Positions 37,368 to 51,302 of a DNA stretch of 64,000 nucleotides are shown piece by piece. The notes under the pieces are model-generated. The model ran no database searches and had not been told where the DNA came from. It saw only the letters and a program-made list of their open reading frames with translations. Numbering within the stretch: position 1 is the first letter of the stretch; the number at the start of each line of letters is the position of its first letter. This stretch comes from Mytilus trossulus (taxonomy: Eukaryota), in assembly GCF_036588685.1 (NCBI RefSeq), contig NC_086383.1, forward strand, positions 71,114,001 through 71,178,000. The letters run 5' to 3'. A program made the position numbers and the translations under genes.

Positions 37368-40317
37368 TTTGAATGATTCAAAATATTATCCTTTACGAAG
37401 TTTATACTACGAATAACGATTTGAAAATAACGCCATTCCAGGCCTCGTTTATTTATAACAGACGAACGCGGACCTCGACGAAGACACCCTTAAAAATAAC
37501 TTGTAAAATCCATTACGCGATCTCGGTAAAATGATTATGTGCTTCTTCGAAGACTTTTATGATAATTTATAGTATAATTCTATCAAAAACATTCACATAT
37601 AGCATACCAAATTGCTCAACAGTCATTAATCTTGCATGTTAGATAAACTGTGTATTTTTCGATGTACACAGTAAAAAGATATTAATAGTTAAAGTAGAAC
37701 CGACTGAATTGTCTTCGCAGGTATGTTGACAGAAAATTTACGAGTTTTTCTCATTACACAAATATTCTATCGTCGTAAAATTGTACAGCGGAAGAAAAAT
37801 CATTTCTCTCTAGGTTTCTTTCCGTTTTTATTCACTGGAAGCATGTTCCTCCTCGTAATAAGTTTGTTTCCAGCTAGAGGGAAACACACAAAAAGTTCAC
37901 GCGCCATTGTTTAATTGCAGATTTTTACTAAAACTTCAAATAACATTTTTATTCAACCCGAGCGAAATTTCGCAAACATTCAAGATTCGAATGAACAAAC
38001 CCAATATCTAGAATACGAATTTGAAACATCTTTTTATTTAATTTAGCGTTGGGAACTTTTCAGAGAGCGACTTTGTTTTCAGTGGATCTCAGGCACTGAA
38101 CAACTGTTCTGTATGATGCACATTCGCTTTTATTTCCATTTTCATGTACAATTTGCGCACTTTCAAGTCAAAAACTCGAATATGTCTTATAGAATATACC
38201 ATATTTTTCAACAAAATATATTTAATTAATTTTATTATCAATAACCGATGATCAGAGCTCAAAGTGGCCTGGCCGCCTGAAAGTTTCGATACAAACAAAA
38301 ACAAAAACAAAACACGAAGATTTTTGTAGTTTTATAATTCGAAAGTGGTACATATCATTTGTATCTTAATGGACAATTACAAAAGTTCATTTATTTCCCC
38401 TCAAAAAGGGGAATGTGTGTCACAGTGAAGACTCTAGCTATACATATGCATTATACCTATATAAGCTATGCAAGTGAACCCAGAACCGGTAACGGGTGAA
38501 GCAGCATCCCGTGACACGGACGATTAAAAAGAGACGGAAGGACAAAAACACATCAGTGTGAACCATTGGACTTTGGGCAAAACATTTTCCCACTGTATTG
38601 AACTAAACCGCCAGCCCCTCCCCCTTTTTCCAAAAAAACAAAATCCGGAGAAAAAAGGGGGGATATATAATAGGGTTCTCTTTTGAAGACATATTAGCAT
38701 AGCGTTTAATGGATGTTAGTACAAGATGTAATATGCTGTGTGTGTGGTTTTCTTCTTCATTAAGGCCAAATAAAAAAAAGAATATGTGTGCTTCCTACTC
38801 CCTATCTACCTTATATTTTAAGCTTAGTCATAGCATACCTTAAAGATTTTTTTTTTTTTTATCATTTTCCAATAAGCACAGATTTTCTCAGTCTCCCATG
38901 TACGTATATACTAGTAGGCTATGTTTGTGTGTGTCGTTAAGGTGCTGTCATTTCAATATGAAAATAAGGAAGGAGATGTGGTATGATTGCCAATGAGACA
39001 ACTATCCACCATAGTTCAAATGAAGTGGATGTAAGCAATTATAGACAACTGTATAGATGATCTTCAAAAATGAGAGAAAAAAACCTATACCGTGAACCTA
39101 CAATTCACGCGATACCTGTTATCAGAGAAATAACTTTTTCTTACTTTTGTACCACTGTCCGTCCATCCATCCTTGTTTTTGTTCATCACAGTAGTCACAT
39201 GTGACGTCACTGTATTGTTTCGGGTTGATTCACCTCGCGTGCTGTCGACAGATTAAAAAGACATAGCAAAGATACAGTCAAGTCGTCACACACTAAATAA
39301 CAGAGAGAAAAAAGAAGAGAAAAATCACAGGACAACCATTTGAAAGAAACATAGAAACAAGTAGGTGCATTTATTTTATACACGAGTAAAACAAAGGTGA
39401 AATTCGAAAGGTAGAGAATAGTGAAATTTGCATAATAAATCGCAGGTAATAAAATGACAAAATAATTGCAGAACTGTTAAATGTTGAACAAAAACCTCCG
39501 TACTTTAGAGTTTCCTTCTAAATTTTAATACACAATATTATTGTAGTAATTTTGACAAATAATAAATAAAAAAATAAATATATAACAGACAAACGTCACT
39601 GCATTCATTTGCTACTAATCTGATTTTGACGATACGTTATACATCTTTTGTATTGTGTACATTTTAACAGTTTATTTATATAGTACTGAAAAAAAGTACT
39701 GAGTTTAATTTCAGAGTTACCTCCCCATTGACTAGTTGATATGAAATAGTGAGCCAACCTTTGACTTTGCATACGTGTAGAAAAAGTCCAACTAAAAATG
39801 TCAGTCAAGTTGAACACGAAGAAGAAGAGAGAAATGGAAAAACTCATATAATGACAAAAATGATTTTTCGGTTGAAGGTTAGCTGTGTGATTTTGACCCC
39901 CTTCCCCCTAAAAAAAGAGCACAATAAAACCCTAGCATGACTTCCTATTTTCGTAGATTGTCATTCTAACGAAAACTGATTAGAAAAAGTTTTATTCAGT
40001 TCTAACAAGTGCGTGAAAATACACTGATATAACTTTAATGGTGCCTAACTACACAAAAAATATCCAAAACAACAGCTGCATATTTAGGTGTTAGAAATAG
40101 TATAGTCATAAGGAGTGAAATAAAACAAACAATGGAAATAATTTGACCAAAAAAATATTTCAGAGACCAGTGCAAAGTTCAGAGAAAGTAGGGCTCAGCT
40201 AGATTTAGTTTGATAACTAATGTACAACAATTGTAGATTCTTTTTGAATAAATTGGGTAGCCCTTAAAAGGGCTTTTGGTGGCTGAATAGCCTCTGCAGA
40301 CTGAAGTCTGGAACAGT

Positions 40318-40893
40318 TTACTTCTTCTTTGGTGTCTTCTTGGCTTTTGGTTTGGCTGCCTTCTTTTTGGCTGGTGACTTGGCTGCTGGCTTCTTTGGCT
40401 TGGCTGCTTTCTTTGCTGCTGGTTTTTTTGCTTTTGGTTTGGCCGCCTTTTTCTCTCCAGCTGGTTTCTTTGCTGCTGGCTTCTTTTTCTTGGGTGTGGT
40501 CTTTGCCTTCTTAGGCTTGGCGGCCTTAGGTTTGGCTGCTTTTTTTGCCTTTGCTGGCTTCTTTTTAACCACTTTAGCCTCTCCAATTCTGAAAGAGCCG
40601 GATGCTCCAGTTCCCTTGGACTGCTTCAAACTGTTGTTCTTAACTCCGGCTCTGAGTGCAAGTTTTAAATGAGCATTTACTGACTTGGCATCTTTTCCGA
40701 CGTTGAAGTTGGCCATGATGTACTTCAGAATTGCTTGCCTTGAGGAACCTCCACGTTCTTTCAAAGCGGCGATGGCTTTTCCAATCATCTCGCTGTATTT
40801 AGGATGTGCGGAAGGCTTCTTTGGCTTGGCTGCTGCCTTTTTCTTTGGTGATTTAGCTGGTGCTACTGCTGGTGCTGCTGTTGCGTCTGCCAT
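40318..40893 (-). CDS. H1: Linker histone H1, copy 12
   Basis: Protein identical to copy 1, minus strand. Confidence 0.98.
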   Translation of the reverse strand: MADATAAPAVAPAKSPKKKAAAKPKKPSAHPKYSEMIGKAIAALKERGGSSRQAILKYIMANFNVGKDAKSVNAHLKLALRAGVKNNSLKQSKGTGASGSFRIGEAKVVKKKPAKAKKAAKPKAAKPKKAKTTPKKKKPAAKKPAGEKKAAKPKAKKPAAKKAAKPKKPAAKSPAKKKAAKPKAKKTPKKK

Positions 40894-42967
40894 TTTGAAT
40901 GATTCAAAATATTATCCTTTACGAAGTTTATACTACGAATAACGATTTGAAAATAACGCCATTCCAGGCCTCGTTTATTTATAACAGACGAACGCGGACC
41001 TCGACGAAGACACCCTTAAAAATAACTTGTAAAATCCATTACGCGATCTCGGTAAAATGATTATGTGCTTCTTCGAAGACTTTTATGATAATTTATAGTA
41101 TAATTCTATCAAAAACATTCACATATAGCATACCAAATTGCTCAACAGTCATTAATCTTGCATGTTAGATAAACTGTGTATTTTTCGATGTACACAGTAA
41201 AAAGATATTAATAGTTAAAGTAGAACCGACTGAATTGTCTTCGCAGGTATGTTGACAGAAAATTTACGAGTTTTTCTCATTACACAAATATTCTATCGTC
41301 GTAAAATTGTACAGCGGAAGAAAAATCATTTCTCTCTAGGTTTCTTTCCGTTTTTATTCACTGGAAGCATGTTCCTCCTCGTAATAAGTTTGTTTCCAGC
41401 TAGAGGGAAACACACAAAAAGTTCACGCGCCATTGTTTAATTGCAGATTTTTACTAAAACTTCAAATAACATTTTTATTCAACCCGAGCGAAATTTCGCA
41501 AACATTCAAGATTCGAATGAACAAACCCAATATCTAGAATACGAATTTGAAACATCTTTTTATTTAATTTAGCGTTGGGAACTTTTCAGAGAGCGACTTT
41601 GTTTTCAGTGGATCTCAGGCACTGAACAACTGTTCTGTATGATGCACATTCGCTTTTATTTCCATTTTCATGTACAATTTGCGCACTTTCAAGTCAAAAA
41701 CTCGAATATGTCTTATAGAATATACCATATTTTTCAACAAAATATATTTAATTAATTTTATTATCAATAACCGATGATCAGAGCTCAAAGTGGCCTGGCC
41801 GCCTGAAAGTTTCGATACAAACAAAAACAAAAACAAAACACGAAGATTTTTGTAGTTTTATAATTCGAAAGTGGTACATATCATTTGTATCTTAATGGAC
41901 AATTACAAAAGTTCATTTATTTCCCCTCAAAAAGGGGAATGTGTGTCACAGTGAAGACTCTAGCTATACATATGCATTATACCTATATAAGCTATGCAAG
42001 TGAACCCAGAACCGGTAACGGGTGAAGCAGCATCCCGTGACACGGACGATTAAAAAGAGACGGAAGGACAAAAACACATCAGTGTGAACCATTGGACTTT
42101 GGGCAAAACATTTTCCCACTGTATTGAACTAAACCGCCAGCCCCTCCCCCTTTTTCCAAAAAAACAAAATCCGGAGAAAAAAGGGGGGATATATAATAGG
42201 GTTCTCTTTTGAAGACATATTAGCATAGCGTTTAATGGATGTTAGTACAAGATGTAATATGCTGTGTGTGTGGTTTTCTTCTTCATTAAGGCCAAATAAA
42301 AAAAAGAATATGTGTGCTTCCTACTCCCTATCTACCTTATATTTTAAGCTTAGTCATAGCATACCTTAAAGATTTTTTTTTTTTTTATCATTTTCCAATA
42401 AGCACAGATTTTCTCAGTCTCCCATGTACGTATATACTAGTAGGCTATGTTTGTGTGTGTCGTTAAGGTGCTGTCATTTCAATATGAAAATAAGGAAGGA
42501 GATGTGGTATGATTGCCAATGAGACAACTATCCACCATAGTTCAAATGAAGTGGATGTAAGCAATTATAGACAACTGTATAGATGATCTTCAAAAATGAG
42601 AGAAAAAAACCTATACCGTGAACCTACAATTCACGCGATACCTGTTATCAGAGAAATAACTTTTTCTTACTTTTGTACCACTGTCCGTCCATCCATCCTT
42701 GTTTTTGTTCATCACAGTAGTCACATGTGACGTCACTGTATTGTTTCGGGTTGATTCACCTCGCGTGCTGTCGACAGATTAAAAAGACATAGCAAAGATA
42801 CAGTCAAGTCGTCACACACTAAATAACAGAGAGAAAAAAGAAGAGAAAAATCACAGGACAACCATTTGAAAGAAACATAGAAACAAGTAGGTGCATTTAT
42901 TTTATACACGAGTAAAACAAAGGTGAAATTCGAAAGGTAGAGAATAGTGAAATTTGCATAATAAATC

Positions 42968-43067
42968 NNNNNNNNNNNNNNNNNNNNNNNNNNNNNNNNN
43001 NNNNNNNNNNNNNNNNNNNNNNNNNNNNNNNNNNNNNNNNNNNNNNNNNNNNNNNNNNNNNNNNNNN
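42968..43067. other. Assembly gap (100 N)
   Basis: Run of exactly 100 N. Orientation flips back across it. Confidence 0.99.
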
Positions 43068-44250
43068 GTGTTTTTGTCCTTCCGTCTCTTTTTAATCGTC
43101 CGTGTCACGGGATGCTGCTTCACCCGTTACCGGTTCTGGGTTCACTTGCATAGCTTATATAGGTATAATGCATATGTATAGCTAGAGTCTTCACTGTGAC
43201 ACACATTCCCCTTTTTGAGGGGAAATAAATGAACTTTTGTAATTGTCCATTAAGATACAAATGATATGTACCACTTTCGAATTATAAAACTACAAAAATC
43301 TTCGTGTTTTGTTTTTGTTTTTGTTTGTATCGAAACTTTCAGGCGGCCAGGCCACTTTGAGCTCTGATCATCGGTTATTGATAATAAAATTAATTAAATA
43401 TATTTTGTTGAAAAATATGGTATATTCTATAAGACATATTCGAGTTTTTGACTTGAAAGTGCGCAAATTGTACATGAAAATGGAAATAAAAGCGAATGTG
43501 CATCATACAGAACAGTTGTTCAGTGCCTGAGATCCACTGAAAACAAAGTCGCTCTCTGAAAAGTTCCCAACGCTAAATTAAATAAAAGATGTTTCAAATT
43601 CGTATTCTAGATATTGGGTTTGTTCATTCGAATCTTGAATGTTTGCGAAATTTCGCTCGGGTTGAATAAAAATGTTATTTGAAGTTTTAGTAAAAATCTG
43701 CAATTAAACAATGGCGCGTGAACTTTTTGTGTGTTTCCCTCTAGCTGGAAACAAACTTATTACGAGGAGGAACATGCTTCCAGTGAATAAAAACGGAAAG
43801 AAACCTAGAGAGAAATGATTTTTCTTCCGCTGTACAATTTTACGACGATAGAATATTTGTGTAATGAGAAAAACTCGTAAATTTTCTGTCAACATACCTG
43901 CGAAGACAATTCAGTCGGTTCTACTTTAACTATTAATATCTTTTTACTGTGTACATCGAAAAATACACAGTTTATCTAACATGCAAGATTAATGACTGTT
44001 GAGCAATTTGGTATGCTATATGTGAATGTTTTTGATAGAATTATACTATAAATTATCATAAAAGTCTTCGAAGAAGCACATAATCATTTTACCGAGATCG
44101 CGTAATGGATTTTACAAGTTATTTTTAAGGGTGTCTTCGTCGAGGTCCGCGTTCGTCTGTTATAAATAAACGAGGCCTGGAATGGCGTTATTTTCAAATC
44201 GTTATTCGTAGTATAAACTTCGTAAAGGATAATATTTTGAATCATTCAAA

Positions 44251-44826
44251 ATGGCAGACGCAACAGCAGCACCAGCAGTAGCACCAGCTAAATCACCAAA
44301 GAAAAAGGCAGCAGCCAAGCCAAAGAAGCCTTCCGCACATCCTAAATACAGCGAGATGATTGGAAAAGCCATCGCCGCTTTGAAAGAACGTGGAGGTTCC
44401 TCAAGGCAAGCAATTCTGAAGTACATCATGGCCAACTTCAACGTCGGAAAAGATGCCAAGTCAGTAAATGCTCATTTAAAACTTGCACTCAGAGCCGGAG
44501 TTAAGAACAACAGTTTGAAGCAGTCCAAGGGAACTGGAGCATCCGGCTCTTTCAGAATTGGAGAGGCTAAAGTGGTTAAAAAGAAGCCAGCAAAGGCAAA
44601 AAAAGCAGCCAAACCTAAGGCCGCCAAGCCTAAGAAGGCAAAGACCACACCCAAGAAAAAGAAGCCAGCAGCAAAGAAACCAGCTGGAGAGAAAAAGGCG
44701 GCCAAACCAAAAGCAAAAAAACCAGCAGCAAAGAAAGCAGCCAAGCCAAAGAAGCCAGCAGCCAAGTCACCAGCCAAAAAGAAGGCAGCCAAACCAAAAG
44801 CCAAGAAGACACCAAAGAAGAAGTAA
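44251..44826 (+). CDS. H1: Linker histone H1, copy 13
   Basis: Protein identical to copy 1. Confidence 0.98.
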   Translation: MADATAAPAVAPAKSPKKKAAAKPKKPSAHPKYSEMIGKAIAALKERGGSSRQAILKYIMANFNVGKDAKSVNAHLKLALRAGVKNNSLKQSKGTGASGSFRIGEAKVVKKKPAKAKKAAKPKAAKPKKAKTTPKKKKPAAKKPAGEKKAAKPKAKKPAAKKAAKPKKPAAKSPAKKKAAKPKAKKTPKKK

Positions 44827-47776
44827 ACTGTTCCAGACTTCAGTCTGCAGAGGCTATTCAGCCACCAAAAGCCCTTTTAAGGGCTACCCAATTTATTCAA
44901 AAAGAATCTACAATTGTTGTACATTAGTTATCAAACTAAATCTAGCTGAGCCCTACTTTCTCTGAACTTTGCACTGGTCTCTGAAATATTTTTTTGGTCA
45001 AATTATTTCCATTGTTTGTTTTATTTCACTCCTTATGACTATACTATTTCTAACACCTAAATATGCAGCTGTTGTTTTGGATATTTTTTGTGTAGTTAGG
45101 CACCATTAAAGTTATATCAGTGTATTTTCACGCACTTGTTAGAACTGAATAAAACTTTTTCTAATCAGTTTTCGTTAGAATGACAATCTACGAAAATAGG
45201 AAGTCATGCTAGGGTTTTATTGTGCTCTTTTTTTAGGGGGAAGGGGGTCAAAATCACACAGCTAACCTTCAACCGAAAAATCATTTTTGTCATTATATGA
45301 GTTTTTCCATTTCTCTCTTCTTCTTCGTGTTCAACTTGACTGACATTTTTAGTTGGACTTTTTCTACACGTATGCAAAGTCAAAGGTTGGCTCACTATTT
45401 CATATCAACTAGTCAATGGGGAGGTAACTCTGAAATTAAACTCAGTACTTTTTTTCAGTACTATATAAATAAACTGTTAAAATGTACACAATACAAAAGA
45501 TGTATAACGTATCGTCAAAATCAGATTAGTAGCAAATGAATGCAGTGACGTTTGTCTGTTATATATTTATTTTTTTATTTATTATTTGTCAAAATTACTA
45601 CAATAATATTGTGTATTAAAATTTAGAAGGAAACTCTAAAGTACGGAGGTTTTTGTTCAACATTTAACAGTTCTGCAATTATTTTGTCATTTTATTACCT
45701 GCGATTTATTATGCAAATTTCACTATTCTCTACCTTTCGAATTTCACCTTTGTTTTACTCGTGTATAAAATAAATGCACCTACTTGTTTCTATGTTTCTT
45801 TCAAATGGTTGTCCTGTGATTTTTCTCTTCTTTTTTCTCTCTGTTATTTAGTGTGTGACGACTTGACTGTATCTTTGCTATGTCTTTTTAATCTGTCGAC
45901 AGCACGCGAGGTGAATCAACCCGAAACAATACAGTGACGTCACATGTGACTACTGTGATGAACAAAAACAAGGATGGATGGACGGACAGTGGTACAAAAG
46001 TAAGAAAAAGTTATTTCTCTGATAACAGGTATCGCGTGAATTGTAGGTTCACGGTATAGGTTTTTTTCTCTCATTTTTGAAGATCATCTATACAGTTGTC
46101 TATAATTGCTTACATCCACTTCATTTGAACTATGGTGGATAGTTGTCTCATTGGCAATCATACCACATCTCCTTCCTTATTTTCATATTGAAATGACAGC
46201 ACCTTAACGACACACACAAACATAGCCTACTAGTATATACGTACATGGGAGACTGAGAAAATCTGTGCTTATTGGAAAATGATAAAAAAAAAAAAAATCT
46301 TTAAGGTATGCTATGACTAAGCTTAAAATATAAGGTAGATAGGGAGTAGGAAGCACACATATTCTTTTTTTTATTTGGCCTTAATGAAGAAGAAAACCAC
46401 ACACACAGCATATTACATCTTGTACTAACATCCATTAAACGCTATGCTAATATGTCTTCAAAAGAGAACCCTATTATATATCCCCCCTTTTTTCTCCGGA
46501 TTTTGTTTTTTTGGAAAAAGGGGGAGGGGCTGGCGGTTTAGTTCAATACAGTGGGAAAATGTTTTGCCCAAAGTCCAATGGTTCACACTGATGTGTTTTT
46601 GTCCTTCCGTCTCTTTTTAATCGTCCGTGTCACGGGATGCTGCTTCACCCGTTACCGGTTCTGGGTTCACTTGCATAGCTTATATAGGTATAATGCATAT
46701 GTATAGCTAGAGTCTTCACTGTGACACACATTCCCCTTTTTGAGGGGAAATAAATGAACTTTTGTAATTGTCCATTAAGATACAAATGATATGTACCACT
46801 TTCGAATTATAAAACTACAAAAATCTTCGTGTTTTGTTTTTGTTTTTGTTTGTATCGAAACTTTCAGGCGGCCAGGCCACTTTGAGCTCTGATCATCGGT
46901 TATTGATAATAAAATTAATTAAATATATTTTGTTGAAAAATATGGTATATTCTATAAGACATATTCGAGTTTTTGACTTGAAAGTGCGCAAATTGTACAT
47001 GAAAATGGAAATAAAAGCGAATGTGCATCATACAGAACAGTTGTTCAGTGCCTGAGATCCACTGAAAACAAAGTCGCTCTCTGAAAAGTTCCCAACGCTA
47101 AATTAAATAAAAAGATGTTTCAAATTCGTATTCTAGATATTGGGTTTGTTCATTCGAATCTTGAATGTTTGCGAAATTTCGCTCGGGTTGAATAAAAATG
47201 TTATTTGAAGTTTTAGTAAAAATCTGCAATTAAACAATGGCGCGTGAACTTTTTGTGTGTTTCCCTCTAGCTGGAAACAAACTTATTACGAGGAGGAACA
47301 TGCTTCCAGTGAATAAAAACGGAAAGAAACCTAGAGAGAAATGATTTTTCTTCCGCTGTACAATTTTACGACGATAGAATATTTGTGTAATGAGAAAAAC
47401 TCGTAAATTTTCTGTCAACATACCTGCGAAGACAATTCAGTCGGTTCTACTTTAACTATTAATATCTTTTTACTGTGTACATCGAAAAATACACAGTTTA
47501 TCTAACATGCAAGATTAATGACTGTTGAGCAATTTGGTATGCTATATGTGAATGTTTTTGATAGAATTATACTATAAATTATCATAAAAGTCTTCGAAGA
47601 AGCACATAATCATTTTACCGAGATCGCGTAATGGATTTTACAAGTTATTTTTAAGGGTGTCTTCGTCGAGGTCCGCGTTCGTCTGTTATAAATAAACGAG
47701 GCCTGGAATGGCGTTATTTTCAAATCGTTATTCGTAGTATAAACTTCGTAAAGGATAATATTTTGAATCATTCAAA

Positions 47777-48352
47777 ATGGCAGACGCAACAGCAGCACCA
47801 GCAGTAGCACCAGCTAAATCACCAAAGAAAAAGGCAGCAGCCAAGCCAAAGAAGCCTTCCGCACATCCTAAATACAGCGAGATGATTGGAAAAGCCATCG
47901 CCGCTTTGAAAGAACGTGGAGGTTCCTCAAGGCAAGCAATTCTGAAGTACATCATGGCCAACTTCAACGTCGGAAAAGATGCCAAGTCAGTAAATGCTCA
48001 TTTAAAACTTGCACTCAGAGCCGGAGTTAAGAACAACAGTTTGAAGCAGTCCAAGGGAACTGGAGCATCCGGCTCTTTCAGAATTGGAGAGGCTAAAGTG
48101 GTTAAAAAGAAGCCAGCAAAGGCAAAAAAAGCAGCCAAACCTAAGGCCGCCAAGCCTAAGAAGGCAAAGACCACACCCAAGAAAAAGAAGCCAGCAGCAA
48201 AGAAACCAGCTGGAGAGAAAAAGGCGGCCAAACCAAAAGCAAAAAAACCAGCAGCAAAGAAAGCAGCCAAGCCAAAGAAGCCAGCAGCCAAGTCACCAGC
48301 CAAAAAGAAGGCAGCCAAACCAAAAGCCAAGAAGACACCAAAGAAGAAGTAA
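47777..48352 (+). CDS. H1: Linker histone H1, copy 14
   Basis: Protein identical to copy 1. Confidence 0.98.
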   Translation: MADATAAPAVAPAKSPKKKAAAKPKKPSAHPKYSEMIGKAIAALKERGGSSRQAILKYIMANFNVGKDAKSVNAHLKLALRAGVKNNSLKQSKGTGASGSFRIGEAKVVKKKPAKAKKAAKPKAAKPKKAKTTPKKKKPAAKKPAGEKKAAKPKAKKPAAKKAAKPKKPAAKSPAKKKAAKPKAKKTPKKK

Positions 48353-51302
48353 ACTGTTCCAGACTTCAGTCTGCAGAGGCTATTCAGCCACCAAAAGCCC
48401 TTTTAAGGGCTACCCAATTTATTCAAAAAGAATCTACAATTGTTGTACATTAGTTATCAAACTAAATCTAGCTGAGCCCTACTTTCTCTGAACTTTGCAC
48501 TGGTCTCTGAAATATTTTTTTGGTCAAATTATTTCCATTGTTTGTTTTATTTCACTCCTTATGACTATACTATTTCTAACACCTAAATATGCAGCTGTTG
48601 TTTTGGATATTTTTTGTGTAGTTAGGCACCATTAAAGTTATATCAGTGTATTTTCACGCACTTGTTAGAACTGAATAAAACTTTTTCTAATCAGTTTTCG
48701 TTAGAATGACAATCTACGAAAATAGGAAGTCATGCTAGGGTTTTATTGTGCTCTTTTTTTAGGGGGAAGGGGGTCAAAATCACACAGCTAACCTTCAACC
48801 GAAAAATCATTTTTGTCATTATATGAGTTTTTCCATTTCTCTCTTCTTCTTCGTGTTCAACTTGACTGACATTTTTAGTTGGACTTTTTCTACACGTATG
48901 CAAAGTCAAAGGTTGGCTCACTATTTCATATCAACTAGTCAATGGGGAGGTAACTCTGAAATTAAACTCAGTACTTTTTTTCAGTACTATATAAATAAAC
49001 TGTTAAAATGTACACAATACAAAAGATGTATAACGTATCGTCAAAATCAGATTAGTAGCAAATGAATGCAGTGACGTTTGTCTGTTATATATTTATTTTT
49101 TTATTTATTATTTGTCAAAATTACTACAATAATATTGTGTATTAAAATTTAGAAGGAAACTCTAAAGTACGGAGGTTTTTGTTCAACATTTAACAGTTCT
49201 GCAATTATTTTGTCATTTTATTACCTGCGATTTATTATGCAAATTTCACTATTCTCTACCTTTCGAATTTCACCTTTGTTTTACTCGTGTATAAAATAAA
49301 TGCACCTACTTGTTTCTATGTTTCTTTCAAATGGTTGTCCTGTGATTTTTCTCTTCTTTTTTCTCTCTGTTATTTAGTGTGTGACGACTTGACTGTATCT
49401 TTGCTATGTCTTTTTAATCTGTCGACAGCACGCGAGGTGAATCAACCCGAAACAATACAGTGACGTCACATGTGACTACTGTGATGAACAAAAACAAGGA
49501 TGGATGGACGGACAGTGGTACAAAAGTAAGAAAAAGTTATTTCTCTGATAACAGGTATCGCGTGAATTGTAGGTTCACGGTATAGGTTTTTTTCTCTCAT
49601 TTTTGAAGATCATCTATACAGTTGTCTATAATTGCTTACATCCACTTCATTTGAACTATGGTGGATAGTTGTCTCATTGGCAATCATACCACATCTCCTT
49701 CCTTATTTTCATATTGAAATGACAGCACCTTAACGACACACACAAACATAGCCTACTAGTATATACGTACATGGGAGACTGAGAAAATCTGTGCTTATTG
49801 GAAAATGATAAAAAAAAAAAAAATCTTTAAGGTATGCTATGACTAAGCTTAAAATATAAGGTAGATAGGGAGTAGGAAGCACACATATTCTTTTTTTTAT
49901 TTGGCCTTAATGAAGAAGAAAACCACACACACAGCATATTACATCTTGTACTAACATCCATTAAACGCTATGCTAATATGTCTTCAAAAGAGAACCCTAT
50001 TATATATCCCCCCTTTTTTCTCCGGATTTTGTTTTTTTGGAAAAAGGGGGAGGGGCTGGCGGTTTAGTTCAATACAGTGGGAAAATGTTTTGCCCAAAGT
50101 CCAATGGTTCACACTGATGTGTTTTTGTCCTTCCGTCTCTTTTTAATCGTCCGTGTCACGGGATGCTGCTTCACCCGTTACCGGTTCTGGGTTCACTTGC
50201 ATAGCTTATATAGGTATAATGCATATGTATAGCTAGAGTCTTCACTGTGACACACATTCCCCTTTTTGAGGGGAAATAAATGAACTTTTGTAATTGTCCA
50301 TTAAGATACAAATGATATGTACCACTTTCGAATTATAAAACTACAAAAATCTTCGTGTTTTGTTTTTGTTTTTGTTTGTATCGAAACTTTCAGGCGGCCA
50401 GGCCACTTTGAGCTCTGATCATCGGTTATTGATAATAAAATTAATTAAATATATTTTGTTGAAAAATATGGTATATTCTATAAGACATATTCGAGTTTTT
50501 GACTTGAAAGTGCGCAAATTGTACATGAAAATGGAAATAAAAGCGAATGTGCATCATACAGAACAGTTGTTCAGTGCCTGAGATCCACTGAAAACAAAGT
50601 CGCTCTCTGAAAAGTTCCCAACGCTAAATTAAATAAAAAGATGTTTCAAATTCGTATTCTAGATATTGGGTTTGTTCATTCGAATCTTGAATGTTTGCGA
50701 AATTTCGCTCGGGTTGAATAAAAATGTTATTTGAAGTTTTAGTAAAAATCTGCAATTAAACAATGGCGCGTGAACTTTTTGTGTGTTTCCCTCTAGCTGG
50801 AAACAAACTTATTACGAGGAGGAACATGCTTCCAGTGAATAAAAACGGAAAGAAACCTAGAGAGAAATGATTTTTCTTCCGCTGTACAATTTTACGACGA
50901 TAGAATATTTGTGTAATGAGAAAAACTCGTAAATTTTCTGTCAACATACCTGCGAAGACAATTCAGTCGGTTCTACTTTAACTATTAATATCTTTTTACT
51001 GTGTACATCGAAAAATACACAGTTTATCTAACATGCAAGATTAATGACTGTTGAGCAATTTGGTATGCTATATGTGAATGTTTTTGATAGAATTATACTA
51101 TAAATTATCATAAAAGTCTTCGAAGAAGCACATAATCATTTTACCGAGATCGCGTAATGGATTTTACAAGTTATTTTTAAGGGTGTCTTCGTCGAGGTCC
51201 GCGTTCGTCTGTTATAAATAAACGAGGCCTGGAATGGCGTTATTTTCAAATCGTTATTCGTAGTATAAACTTCGTAAAGGATAATATTTTGAATCATTCA
51301 AA

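Larger units (their letters stand above)
16761..42967 (-). repeat. Tandem array block 2: ~7.4 copies of the same unit in reverse orientation
   Basis: Reverse complement of the block 1 unit. H1 CDSs are spaced 3526 bp apart, 3525 once because of a T13 versus T14 homopolymer. Confidence 0.99.
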
